A DNA stretch of 64,000 nt, taken from Candidatus Aenigmatarchaeota archaeon (lineage in GTDB: Archaea; Aenigmatarchaeota; Aenigmatarchaeia; CG10238-14; SCSR01). Shown piece after piece: positions 19,045-27,996 of this stretch; positions within the stretch are counted from its first letter, which is position 1, and each line of letters opens with the position of its first letter. The stretch covers positions 981 to 64,980 of the forward strand of contig JAWBTW010000005.1 in NCBI GenBank assembly GCA_039000165.1, read 5' to 3'. The notes beneath the pieces are model-generated. The model was not told the origin of the DNA, did not search any database, and worked only from the letters and a program-made list of their open reading frames with translations. The position numbers were made by a program, and so were the translations under genes.

Positions 19045-20389
19045 TTACTTCCCTTAATTTCTTTTTTATCATTCTCGAATATTTTTTTATAAGTTCTTTC
19101 AATCTTTTTTTATTCCTTGCTTCAACACATAAGTTTATTTCGGGCATAGTTTGGCTTGCTCTAATTAAAACCCATTCTGTTTCGTTAAGTTCTATTTTAA
19201 TACCGTCCATAAGATTTAAAGCGTTCGGAAATTCAAGCTTTATTCTTTCTATCACTTTTATCTTTTTTTCATCGTTTCCAGCGTTTATGTACAACTTTTC
19301 TGTAGGGTTCAACTTAATTTTATCCACAAAGTAGGAAAGCTTCTTTTTGCTTTTTTTCAATATTTTTGCCATAAGTAAAGTAGCAAGTATTCCGTCAGAG
19401 AATGGATAAAATTCGTTAAAGTAAAAGTGGGAACTTTCTTCTCCTCCAAAGATTGCCTTTTCTTCTATACATTTTCTTTCTATAAAGCCATGACCGACCC
19501 TCCACCATATCACTTTTCCACCCATACCTTCTACTATTTTTTTCAATGTGCTTGAGCAGTCTGCCGTGAGAATTATTTTTCCTTTCTTCTTTTTTAGAAG
19601 ACTTTTTACAAAAATCGCGCTTGTTAAACTTCCGTTAAGTTCCCTTCCTTTATCGTCTACAAAAATGCTTCTATCAGCGTCACCATCAAAAGCAACTCCA
19701 AAAAGAGCTCTTTCTCTTTTTACAGTTTTCTTTAAAAGTTCTAAGTTTTTTCCTTTTGGTTCTGGCCTTTCGAAACCGTAAAAGTTTCCATCTGGGTTTT
19801 CATGCAAACCTACAACTTCTAGTCCAAAACTTTTAAAAATCGAACTTGCTACAGTGCCTGCTCCCCCAAAAAATTCAGCAACTATTTTTCCTTCAACCTT
19901 CCCGATTTTCTCACTTAAAAAACTTTTGTAACTCTCTAATGCATTTTTGTCTTCTTTAACTTCACCATTTCCTTCTAAAAATTTTTCTGAATCGAAGATT
20001 TTTTCAACTTCTTTTATTTCTTCAAGAAAGCTTGTTCCATCTGGTTTAATTAGTTTAAAGCCATTCCACTCTTTTGGGTTGTGACTGGCTGTTATTATGC
20101 AACCAAAAATTTTGTTCTTCCAAGCATAGAAATAAGCTACAGGGTTTGGAACCATGCCTAATGAAATAACTTTACACCCTGTAGAAGCTAAACCCGAAGA
20201 AAATTTTTCAAAAAGAGTTGGGGAAGAAGCTCTAGTATCGTATCCTACTGCAATAGTTTCTCTTCCTTTTAAAAAAGTTCCTAAAGCTTTACCTACTTTA
20301 AAAGCAATTTCATCGTTTAAGTCTTTCCCGTATACTCCACGAATATCGTAAGCTCTAAAGATTCCCATATAATTTAAGTATAGAGACAA
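19037..20389 (-). CDS. Phosphoglucomutase/phosphomannomutase
   Basis: 450 aa. GIFRAYDIRGVYGKDL and the active-site loop ITASHNPKEWNGFK. Confidence 0.85.
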   Translation of the reverse strand: MSLYLNYMGIFRAYDIRGVYGKDLNDEIAFKVGKALGTFLKGRETIAVGYDTRASSPTLFEKFSSGLASTGCKVISLGMVPNPVAYFYAWKNKIFGCIITASHNPKEWNGFKLIKPDGTSFLEEIKEVEKIFDSEKFLEGNGEVKEDKNALESYKSFLSEKIGKVEGKIVAEFFGGAGTVASSIFKSFGLEVVGLHENPDGNFYGFERPEPKGKNLELLKKTVKRERALFGVAFDGDADRSIFVDDKGRELNGSLTSAIFVKSLLKKKKGKIILTADCSSTLKKIVEGMGGKVIWWRVGHGFIERKCIEEKAIFGGEESSHFYFNEFYPFSDGILATLLMAKILKKSKKKLSYFVDKIKLNPTEKLYINAGNDEKKIKVIERIKLEFPNALNLMDGIKIELNETEWVLIRASQTMPEINLCVEARNKKRLKELIKKYSRMIKKKLREVNG

Positions 20390-20411
20390 TAAAATAATTT
20401 TTAAGGTTTAT

Positions 20412-21932
20412 ATGAAAGAAAACGAGATTCTCCCAGGTTTAGAAAATTTGATAATGGTTACCCCTGAACTAAAAAGCTTTAAGTCGAAAGTTGGTGGTTT
20501 AGGTGATGTGGCAGAGGAACTTAGTAAGGCTTTAGCAGATTTAGGAATTAAAGTTACTGTTGTTAGCATTCTTTACAAAAAAACCAGGAAAGAAGTGGAA
20601 GAAAACGGAAGAATTGTCATAAAGACTTTCGATTTAGATTATTCTGATCTATCGATAGAAGATACAGGGAAGGAAGTTGAGGTTGAAGTGGCAGGAGAGA
20701 AAGTAGTAGCAAGAATAAAGAAATCAAAAGTTGGAAAAGCAGACGTGATTTTTCTTGAAAACGGAAAGTATGGGGAATTGGTTTACGGAGGAGATTTGCT
20801 TAAACAAGCAATTTTCTTAGGAAGAGGGACTTTAGAAGCCCTAAGAGTTATGGGGATTAGACCGACAATAATTCATATGCACGATGGTCTAACAGGATTG
20901 GTTACTTTTCTTAGAACTGATGAAAGGTATTCAAAGGATGAATTTCTCAACAAGGCTAAGCTAGTTTTCACTGTACACAATGCAGGTTATGCTTATCAAC
21001 AAATTTTTGATGCTAGTAGGTTTGATGAACTTGGGATAGATAGAATTCACTGGGATGGTATAGTCTGGAATGGTAAGATTAACTTAACTTATGCAGCACT
21101 TTTCCATTGCCAAAAGTGCAATACAGTAAGCAAAGATTATGCTTTAACCCTAAGAAGCGATGGCGAAGGTCTAGGACCTATGTTTAGAAAAAAGGATATA
21201 ATAGGGATAGTTAACGGAATTGATGTAGACTACTGGAAAATAAAAAGAGATAAAAGGGAAGCAAAGCTAGAATTAGTTAAAGTTATGAAAAAATATGGTG
21301 CAAACCTTAACCCGAACAAATTCACGATAGTAATTCCAAGGCGAATAAGTTACCAGAAGGGTTGGGATACAGTTATCAAGATTATAAGAGAGATAGTAAA
21401 AGAAAGAAGCGAAGGTGGTTTAGGAGCTCAATTCATAGTTCTAGGAAGAGCTCACGAGAACGATTCCCTAGGACAAGAATGGGTAAGAGAACTTAAAAAA
21501 TTGTCAAAGGAATTGAAAAATTTCGTTTTCATCAACACTTTCGACCAGTCTTTAGCAAAGCTAATGTATGAAGGTGGTGATCTCTTACTCTACCCTTCTC
21601 TTCCTGAAAAAGAACCTTGTGGTACTGGTTATATGATAGCTTTGGTAAACATGACTCCAACGGTAGGAACTGATACTGGTGGTATAGTAGAAGTTATAGA
21701 GGAATTTGATCCAGAAACCTTGAAAGGAAACGGTTTTAAAGTTCCTAAGAAAGAGTACTCACCAGAAGCCTTCTACGCAAAAATTTCTAAGGCTATGGAA
21801 ATATTCCTCTTTTATCCTCAAAAATGGAAAAAGCTCATGGAAAATTGTATGAACACTGATGTAAGCATGGAAAAAGTTGCAAAAGAATATGTTTACAAAG
21901 TTTACAAACCTGTTCTTGAGACAGAAATTTAA
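20412..21932 (+). CDS. glgA: Glycogen (starch) synthase, GT5 family
   Basis: 506 aa. N-terminal VTPELKSFKSKVGGLGDV is the K-x-GGL-x-DV motif of GlgA-type synthases. Confidence 0.8.
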   Translation: MKENEILPGLENLIMVTPELKSFKSKVGGLGDVAEELSKALADLGIKVTVVSILYKKTRKEVEENGRIVIKTFDLDYSDLSIEDTGKEVEVEVAGEKVVARIKKSKVGKADVIFLENGKYGELVYGGDLLKQAIFLGRGTLEALRVMGIRPTIIHMHDGLTGLVTFLRTDERYSKDEFLNKAKLVFTVHNAGYAYQQIFDASRFDELGIDRIHWDGIVWNGKINLTYAALFHCQKCNTVSKDYALTLRSDGEGLGPMFRKKDIIGIVNGIDVDYWKIKRDKREAKLELVKVMKKYGANLNPNKFTIVIPRRISYQKGWDTVIKIIREIVKERSEGGLGAQFIVLGRAHENDSLGQEWVRELKKLSKELKNFVFINTFDQSLAKLMYEGGDLLLYPSLPEKEPCGTGYMIALVNMTPTVGTDTGGIVEVIEEFDPETLKGNGFKVPKKEYSPEAFYAKISKAMEIFLFYPQKWKKLMENCMNTDVSMEKVAKEYVYKVYKPVLETEI

Positions 21933-21955
21933 TTTATTAAACAAAAATAGAATTT

Positions 21956-23200
21956 ATGAGAATTGCAATATTTTGCTGGGAATTCTATCCGAGGCTTGTG
22001 GGTGGTCTAGGAACTTATGCTGTTGAAATTTCAAAAAAATTTAAGGAAATGGGAAATGAGGTAACAGTTTTCACATTAAACGACGGAACTTTAAAAACTA
22101 AAGAAGAATGGAATGGTATAGAGATCCATAGACCATTGATACTTGACGTTAGCGATATTTTCCCTTTTATAGTTACTGAAGACTTAAAAAAATGGGGAAC
22201 TTCGATAAAACTTTTTTCTGACATTTTTGCTTACAACTTGCTTTCAGCAACAAAGTTTGTGAATTTTTGTATAAAAAAAGAGAAAAGAAAGTTTGACATT
22301 GTAGCAATTCATGATTGGCTTTCTTCAATTACCGGTTTAGCCATAAGAAAAGATTTGGAAAAAATTCCGATAATTTTTCATCTTCACTCTGTAGAGGAGC
22401 AAAGAAGCCTAGGCTCAGGTTCAGAGGTTGTAAAATATCTTGAAAGAACGATGGCACAAAAAGCCGATAAAATAATTACTGTTTCGAATTCTATGAAAGA
22501 GTTTTTAATCAAGCTTGGTTATCCTCAGCAAAAAATAGTCGTGTGCTATAATGGTTGTGATCCAGAAAAGTACGACCCAAAAAAAGTGAAGAAAGAAAAA
22601 TTGGAAAAATTGAGAGAGTATTACGGAATAAAAGAAGGAGAAAAAGTGATATTTTTTATAGGAAGGTTAACTTGGGTAAAAGGGGTAAGAAACCTTATAA
22701 AGGCTATGCCAATTGTTCTAAAAGATTTTCCCGAATCTAAGCTAATAGTTCTTGGTAAAGGTGAAGAATATTCTGAGCTTGTAGAACTTTCAAAAAAGCT
22801 TGGTATTAGCGACAAAGTAAAAATTCGCTCAGAATGGGTTTCTGAAGAAGAAAGGATTTTACACTACGCTTTAGCTGATGTTTGTGTTTTTCCCAGCATC
22901 AGCGAGCCTTTTGGAATAGTAAGTTTAGAGGCTATGGCTATGGAAAAGCCTGTAGTAGTAGGGGCAGCAGGAGTTTCTGGTTTAAGAGAGCAAGTAATTC
23001 CTTCGGGTAAAGATAGAACAGGAACTCATGTGAACGGAGAAATTCCAGAAGATATTGCTTGGGGAATAAAGGAAACTTTTAAGAATTTTGAGGAAGCAAA
23101 AAAATGGGGAAAAAATGGAAGAAAAAGAGTTCTAAAAGAATTCACATGGGAAATTGCTGCTAAAAATACTTTGAAAGTTTATGAAGCTTTGGTGAAATAA
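21956..23200 (+). CDS. Glycosyltransferase family 4
   Basis: 414 aa. MRIAIFCWEFYPRLVGGLGTYAVEISKKF and EPFGIVSLEAMAMEKPVVV GT-B motifs. Confidence 0.7.
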   Translation: MRIAIFCWEFYPRLVGGLGTYAVEISKKFKEMGNEVTVFTLNDGTLKTKEEWNGIEIHRPLILDVSDIFPFIVTEDLKKWGTSIKLFSDIFAYNLLSATKFVNFCIKKEKRKFDIVAIHDWLSSITGLAIRKDLEKIPIIFHLHSVEEQRSLGSGSEVVKYLERTMAQKADKIITVSNSMKEFLIKLGYPQQKIVVCYNGCDPEKYDPKKVKKEKLEKLREYYGIKEGEKVIFFIGRLTWVKGVRNLIKAMPIVLKDFPESKLIVLGKGEEYSELVELSKKLGISDKVKIRSEWVSEEERILHYALADVCVFPSISEPFGIVSLEAMAMEKPVVVGAAGVSGLREQVIPSGKDRTGTHVNGEIPEDIAWGIKETFKNFEEAKKWGKNGRKRVLKEFTWEIAAKNTLKVYEALVK

Positions 23201-23338
23201 CTCACCAATCTTCTTCCTCTTCTTCTTCAAAATCTTCTAGCGGGTCCCACCAATCTTCTTCCATTTTTTTACCTCAAGTTAAATTTTCATCCTGATAAAT
23301 TATAAATAATTAAATATAAATAATTTATTATTGAGAGG

Positions 23339-23467
23339 ATGGCTTCGCTAGCAGTTGACGACGAGCTTCACAGAAGACTTAAGGTGAAATGTTCAGAGAT
23401 GGGTTTGAAGATAAAAGATGTGGTCAACCAACTAATAGCAGAATGGCTCAAAAAGCATGAAAAATAA
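23339..23467 (+). CDS. Small ribbon-helix-helix (CopG/ParG-like) protein
   Basis: 42 aa ORF MASLAVDDELHRRLKVKCSEMGLKIKDVVNQLIAEWLKKHEK, not in the ORF track. A beta-strand + two-helix RHH pattern, 31 nt upstream of a MinD/ParA ATPase. Confidence 0.45.
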   Translation: MASLAVDDELHRRLKVKCSEMGLKIKDVVNQLIAEWLKKHEK

Positions 23468-23497
23468 ACTATTTTTAGCCTAAAAACAAAATAAAAA

Positions 23498-24274
23498 TTG
23501 ATAGGTTTGAGAAAGATAGGAATAATTTCTGGTAAGGGTGGAGTAGGTAAAACTACTCTAGTTGCAAACTTAGGTTTAGCCCTAAGAGAATTTGACAGAA
23601 ACGTTGCGATAGTTGATTGTAATTTAACCACTGCCCATTTGGGTTTTCATTTTGGCTTTTTTTATTTCCCCAAAACAATAAACAACGTTTTAAGAGGGGA
23701 AGCAAAGATAGAAGAAGCAATATGTTACCATCCTTCCGGTCTTAAGATAATTCCAGCCTCTTTATCCTTAGATGATATCGTTGAAGTTAACATAAGCACA
23801 TTGAAATATTTCCTAAACGAGCTTAAAGATGTTGAGATCTTGCTTTTAGATTCTGCTCCAGGTTTTGGAAGAGAAGCTATTAGCGTTTTGAACGCAAGCG
23901 ATGAAGTAATTTTCATAACTAACCCAAACATAAGTGCAGTTTCGGATATAGAAAGAGCTTACACAATAGTCAAAGAGCTTGACCTAATTCCTTTAGGTAT
24001 AGTTTTAAACATGGTTAAAAATGAACCTTACGAGCTTTCAGCTAAAGATGTGGAAGAGCTTACAGGGATTCCTGTAATAGCTACAATTCCCTACGATAAA
24101 AACATAGAGAAAAGCCTTATGTTGGGAAAACCAATAGTTGGAATAAGTAAATATTCTCCTTCAGCAATAGCGTTTAGAAAGTTAGCAGCAGAAATTTTAG
24201 GTGAAAGATATTCACCACCAAAAGCAAGAATTTTTTCCAGAATTTACGAATATTTTAAATTGCACTTTTCGTGA
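23498..24274 (+). CDS. MinD/ParA-family P-loop ATPase
   Basis: 258 aa. Deviant Walker A GKGGVGKTT; an LLDSAPG Walker B region. Confidence 0.8.
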   Translation: MIGLRKIGIISGKGGVGKTTLVANLGLALREFDRNVAIVDCNLTTAHLGFHFGFFYFPKTINNVLRGEAKIEEAICYHPSGLKIIPASLSLDDIVEVNISTLKYFLNELKDVEILLLDSAPGFGREAISVLNASDEVIFITNPNISAVSDIERAYTIVKELDLIPLGIVLNMVKNEPYELSAKDVEELTGIPVIATIPYDKNIEKSLMLGKPIVGISKYSPSAIAFRKLAAEILGERYSPPKARIFSRIYEYFKLHFS

Positions 24275-24312
24275 AAAACTTTTTGAATATTAACTTCAAT
24301 AATTTAAGAATT

Positions 24313-24630
24313 ATGGAGCTTGAAATCTTGGAAGAAAGAGAAAATCCATTTTTTGGAAGGAAAGAGGTAAAGGTAAGAATAATTCATGAAAAAGCTCCAA
24401 CCCCTTCTAGACAAGAACTAAAAAAAGAGCTAGCTTCAAGGTATTCAGTTCCAGAAGATAACATTATTTTGGATTATATCCTGAGTAAAAAATGGTTAAA
24501 TGAAGCGGTAGCAAAAGCAAAAATTTATAAAGAAGCGCCAAAAATTAAAGAAAAGATAACCGAGAAGAAAGAAGTTAAGGAAGAGAAAAAGGAGGAAAAA
24601 AATGAAGCACAAACCAGTGAAGCAAAGTGA
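24313..24630 (+). CDS. rps24e: Ribosomal protein S24e
   Basis: MELEILEERENPFFGRKEVKVRIIHEKAPTPSRQELKKELASRY is the S24e pattern. The longer ORF from 24271 overlaps the MinD end, so ATG 24313 is preferred. Confidence 0.85.
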   Translation: MELEILEERENPFFGRKEVKVRIIHEKAPTPSRQELKKELASRYSVPEDNIILDYILSKKWLNEAVAKAKIYKEAPKIKEKITEKKEVKEEKKEEKNEAQTSEAK

Positions 24631-24772
24631 TTACTATAAAATAGAAGGAAATAAAGTGATAAGGTTGAGAAGAACTTGCCCAAAATGTGGAGACTCTTGG
24701 CTTGCTTATCACGAAAACAGATATTATTGCGGAAGATGTGGATATACAGAACTTAAATTAAATAAGACCTAA
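24617..24772 (+). CDS. rps27ae: Ribosomal protein S27ae (zinc-ribbon)
   Basis: Frame reads (V)KQSDYYKIEGNKVIRLRRTCPKCGDSWLAYHENRYYCGRCGYTELKLNKT*, matching the S27a pattern YKVEG.KV.R.R.CP.CG....H.DR..CG.CGYTE. No ATG; GTG at 24617 overlapping the S24e end, or GTG at 24656. Confidence 0.6.
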   Translation: MKQSDYYKIEGNKVIRLRRTCPKCGDSWLAYHENRYYCGRCGYTELKLNKT

Positions 24773-25435
24773 GGCTTCTGATATTCTTGCAAATTCCGGC
24801 CCGCTCGTTAATCCTCCTATTACTGCTCCATTACTGTTAGCAAAACCACAAGCCCCTAAAAAAGGCGAACCAAAATTTGCTGTTCCTACATCAACGCTTA
24901 CTTTTAAAACTTCTTCGGCAGTTTTAATCTCTTCTTCATTTGCGTCTCTATGAATTATACAACCTTTGTTCGTTGCTATACCACAAGTTCCTAAGGTTTT
25001 AATTCCTGCTATGCTTAAGTATTCGCATTCCACGCCTAACAAATCCTCGATCTTTTCCTTTTCTTTTCTGGAGAAAAGTTTACTTACCAAAGCACCATTA
25101 TCATTACACAATATTAGATTACCCAGGGCTGTGAACTTTGTTTTAATGATTCCAAAGTTAATGCCCAATTCCTTTCCCAATTCCTTTAAAGAGTTAAGTT
25201 CCTTTTCAGTCAAAATTTTTGGCAAAACTATTCCCTTAGAGTTAAAAGAGCAAAATATCCCAACTAAGTCTGTTCTGGCTAGAGTTATAGGATAAACTTT
25301 TACCTTAAGAAATTCTTCAATTTTTTTCTTAAGGTTTTGTGGAATGAAACTACCTAATAGACAAAACTTGTCACAAGCTTTTCCGTATATCCCTAAGTTA
25401 TAATCCCCAAAAAAATTTGTTTGAAGAATTTTCAT
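24758..25435 (-). CDS. eif6: Translation initiation factor 6 (aIF6/eIF6)
   Basis: 225 aa. MKILQTNFFGDYNLGIYGKACDKF is the eIF6 repeat fold signature. Sits in the conserved L39e-L31e-aIF6 cluster. Confidence 0.85.
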   Translation of the reverse strand: MKILQTNFFGDYNLGIYGKACDKFCLLGSFIPQNLKKKIEEFLKVKVYPITLARTDLVGIFCSFNSKGIVLPKILTEKELNSLKELGKELGINFGIIKTKFTALGNLILCNDNGALVSKLFSRKEKEKIEDLLGVECEYLSIAGIKTLGTCGIATNKGCIIHRDANEEEIKTAEEVLKVSVDVGTANFGSPFLGACGFANSNGAVIGGLTSGPEFARISEALGLI

Positions 25436-25439
25436 TTTT

Positions 25440-25685
25440 TTAACCCATCATTTCAACTTTTGAAGTTTTTTCATCAATTCTAGATACCTTAACTCTTATC
25501 TTTGTTGAAGGTTTCGTGCTCGAAAAGATTTTCTTGCTTAAGGAACTATCTATTTTTATTTTTTCAGTCTTACAAATTCTTTTGAGTTTTTTCCTTAAAA
25601 TTCTCATCGCTGCTTTTTTCCTTTTCCAAACTGGAGCCTTTAACAATTTCTTCCTTATGTTTATCGTTACTATTTTTTCTTCCAT
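25440..25685 (-). CDS. rpl31e: Ribosomal protein L31e
   Basis: 81 aa, MEEKIVTINIRKKLLKAPVWKRKKAAMRILRKKL. Confidence 0.85.
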   Translation of the reverse strand: MEEKIVTINIRKKLLKAPVWKRKKAAMRILRKKLKRICKTEKIKIDSSLSKKIFSSTKPSTKIRVKVSRIDEKTSKVEMMG

Positions 25686-25686
25686 C

Positions 25687-25797
25687 CTAAACCCTTAGCC
25701 TAGTTCTTCTCCATCTTTTAATTTTATTAACGTCTATCCTTCTTGTTCTTGCCCTCTTAAGACCAAATTTCCTTATGTCAGCCCATCTTGGCGCCAT
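25687..25797 (-). CDS. rpl39e: Ribosomal protein L39e
   Basis: 36 aa ORF on the minus strand: MAPRWADIRKFGLKRARTRRIDVNKIKRWRRTRLRV. Basic, L39e-like; conserved position upstream of L31e. Not in the ORF track. Confidence 0.7.
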   Translation of the reverse strand: MAPRWADIRKFGLKRARTRRIDVNKIKRWRRTRLRV

Positions 25798-25857
25798 TTT
25801 TATTTTCCTTATTCTCCCTAACTTTACTTTTTTTGATAAACTTTTTATTCCCATGTT

Positions 25858-26616
25858 TTACACCAACTTTCTTATCTCTTTACTCTTTTCTCTAGCTATA
25901 TCAATCATTTTTACTATATCATTAAAGTCTAATTCTTTAAGTTGTTTTTGCATCGAGCATATTTTATCGTCATCCCTAACAGATATGCTAAGCTTTGAGT
26001 CTAGAATTTTTTCTTCTTCTATCGTAGGGTCTAAAAGAAAATTGTTTCCCACTTTACAAACTGTTATGTTTATTGGTTTAAAAACTACTGGCAGGTCTTT
26101 TTCAAATTCTTCTCTTATTATTTTTTCTCCTTCCACTTTTGGAATTCTTGTGTTATGTAAAGCAGCTACAGCTGCTAGTGCAGAAGCGTCCAAAAGGTTT
26201 CCTTTATCGTTTATTATGTGAATGTCAATAAAAACACACCAAACTTTTTCCCCTGGAGTAATACAGAGCTTATCCAATTCTATGCACTTTGATTCTCTTA
26301 TGCCTCTATCAACAACTCTTGCAAGCTCTATAGCATCTTCACCAGGTGGACCTACATCAAATTCTGGTGAAGCAAGTGGCGTAAACTCAGCATTCACAAC
26401 TAGCGTACCTTCTTCTGGAGTGTCAGGAAAAGGAGTGCCAAAATCCATCTTCACCCCAGCTATAACTTCTGTTTCACCAAGCCTTACTCTTGCAGAACCT
26501 TCTGCCTTCTTAATTATTCCTTTTTCAACTTCTATTTTTCTGAATTCGTCAAATTTTCTACCATCAATCCTTTTTCCTTTTTCTAAAAGTTCTAAAGCAT
26601 ACTTTTCTTCTATCAT
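25858..26616 (-). CDS. rrp42: Exosome complex component Rrp42 (RNase PH-like, inactive subunit)
   Basis: 252 aa RNase PH-like; immediately downstream of Rrp41 with a 4-nt overlap. Confidence 0.85.
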   Translation of the reverse strand: MIEEKYALELLEKGKRIDGRKFDEFRKIEVEKGIIKKAEGSARVRLGETEVIAGVKMDFGTPFPDTPEEGTLVVNAEFTPLASPEFDVGPPGEDAIELARVVDRGIRESKCIELDKLCITPGEKVWCVFIDIHIINDKGNLLDASALAAVAALHNTRIPKVEGEKIIREEFEKDLPVVFKPINITVCKVGNNFLLDPTIEEEKILDSKLSISVRDDDKICSMQKQLKELDFNDIVKMIDIAREKSKEIRKLV

Positions 26617-27335
26617 TCTACTCTCCTGTACTTTTCTTTTAAAACATTTCTTTGCATTTCATAAATTTTCTTACAGGCATTTCTTGCAAGTTCTAACAGC
26701 TTCTCTATTTCTTCTTTGGTTAAATTTCCATCCATTTGTAACAAAGTAACTTTGTTCTTAGAAGGCATCATGGCAAAAGCTAAATCAGCTTCGGAGTTTT
26801 TGTCTTCTTCCCCGTTCAAATCTAATATTAAAGTTCCATCAATCTTTCCAACAGAACATGCTGCAATCAAATCTTTCATTGGTACGCCAGCACTAGCTAG
26901 AGCTAAGGAGGCGGCATTAATTGCAGTTACTCTAGTTGAACCGTCTGCCTGAATTATTTCAACAAAAACATCTATCGTAGCTCTGGGGAAATCTTCAAGA
27001 AAAATTACAGGTTCTAAGGCAAGTCTTATAACTTTTGTTAACTCTATGCTTCTTCTATCAGGTCCTGGAGATTTTCTTTCATCGACAGAAAAAGGTGCCA
27101 TGTTATACCTACATCTAACTATACAAGTTTCTTGTTCTTGTAAATGTTTTGGAAAAAGGGCTCTTGGTCCGTAAACAGAGGCTATGGCTATGGTGTCGCC
27201 AAATCTTACCATGGCAGAACCGTCAGCCCTACTAACTACCCCAACTTTCATCTCTATAGGCCTTAGCTCTTCAGGTAGTCTGCCATCTATTCTTCTTCCA
27301 TTTTTAAGCAATTCCTTCTTTTTCATATTACTCAC
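26613..27335 (-). CDS. rrp41: Exosome complex exonuclease Rrp41 (RNase PH-like)
   Basis: 240 aa. GRRIDGRLPEELRPIEMKVGVVSRADGSAMVRFGDT. Confidence 0.9.
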   Translation of the reverse strand: MSNMKKKELLKNGRRIDGRLPEELRPIEMKVGVVSRADGSAMVRFGDTIAIASVYGPRALFPKHLQEQETCIVRCRYNMAPFSVDERKSPGPDRRSIELTKVIRLALEPVIFLEDFPRATIDVFVEIIQADGSTRVTAINAASLALASAGVPMKDLIAACSVGKIDGTLILDLNGEEDKNSEADLAFAMMPSKNKVTLLQMDGNLTKEEIEKLLELARNACKKIYEMQRNVLKEKYRRVE

Positions 27336-27996
27336 TCAACATCTTTTCTATCTTCTCAGTAAGTCCTATTATATGGGATTCCTTTTCTATCTTTAAAATT
27401 GCTTCTATAGCTTTATCCTTTCTTTCACCTCTTAACCATATAACTCCGTTCTGCCCAACTACTATTTCACAACCAGTTTTCTTTTTGATTAGGTTTATCA
27501 TACTCCCCCCCTTTCCGATTATCCTTGGTACTTTTGTAGGAGTAACCTTTATTATCACTCCTTCTTTCAGTTTCTTGCAGCCAACATCCTTCATAGAAAC
27601 TTGTACTATCTTGTTTTTTGGAACTTTCAATATCTTACAGTAAATTATATCGTTTATGTCATAATACTTGCTCAAGTCAGTTCTAGAAATGTCTACAAAC
27701 TCTTCCACACCTTCACCTAAGGGCAAGAAAGCAGCATAAGGAGAATTTATATCAACTCCCCAGCCTGATATTTCAACCTCAGAAATGATTCCGATAACTT
27801 TTTGTCCAACTTTTGGAACATAAGCCCCTGCAAGAGGGATAACAGATATTTCATTCTCCTCTATTTTTGGTATCCCTAAAACTTTTGAGTAAACTTTTTC
27901 TCCTTCCAGATAAACTCCTCTTCCTATTTTTCTTCCGTTTCTTTCAGCGATAAATTCTCCTGGTAAGACAATTTCCATAACATTTTTCTCGTTCAT
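27328..27996 (-). CDS. rrp4: Exosome RNA-binding subunit Rrp4 (S1 + KH domains)
   Basis: 222 aa; S1-like N-terminal part and a KH-like GKGGSMINLIKKKTGCEIVVGQNG. Confidence 0.85.
   Translation of the reverse strand: MNEKNVMEIVLPGEFIAERNGRKIGRGVYLEGEKVYSKVLGIPKIEENEISVIPLAGAYVPKVGQKVIGIISEVEISGWGVDINSPYAAFLPLGEGVEEFVDISRTDLSKYYDINDIIYCKILKVPKNKIVQVSMKDVGCKKLKEGVIIKVTPTKVPRIIGKGGSMINLIKKKTGCEIVVGQNGVIWLRGERKDKAIEAILKIEKESHIIGLTEKIEKMLSE

Noticed and set aside
23205-23264. Minus-strand mini-ORF MEEDWWDPLEDFEEEEEEDW (19 aa) overlapping the 3' end of the GT4 gene
   Set aside because: Only 19 codons, overlapping a well-supported CDS, in an EEE low-complexity tract. Most likely coincidental.
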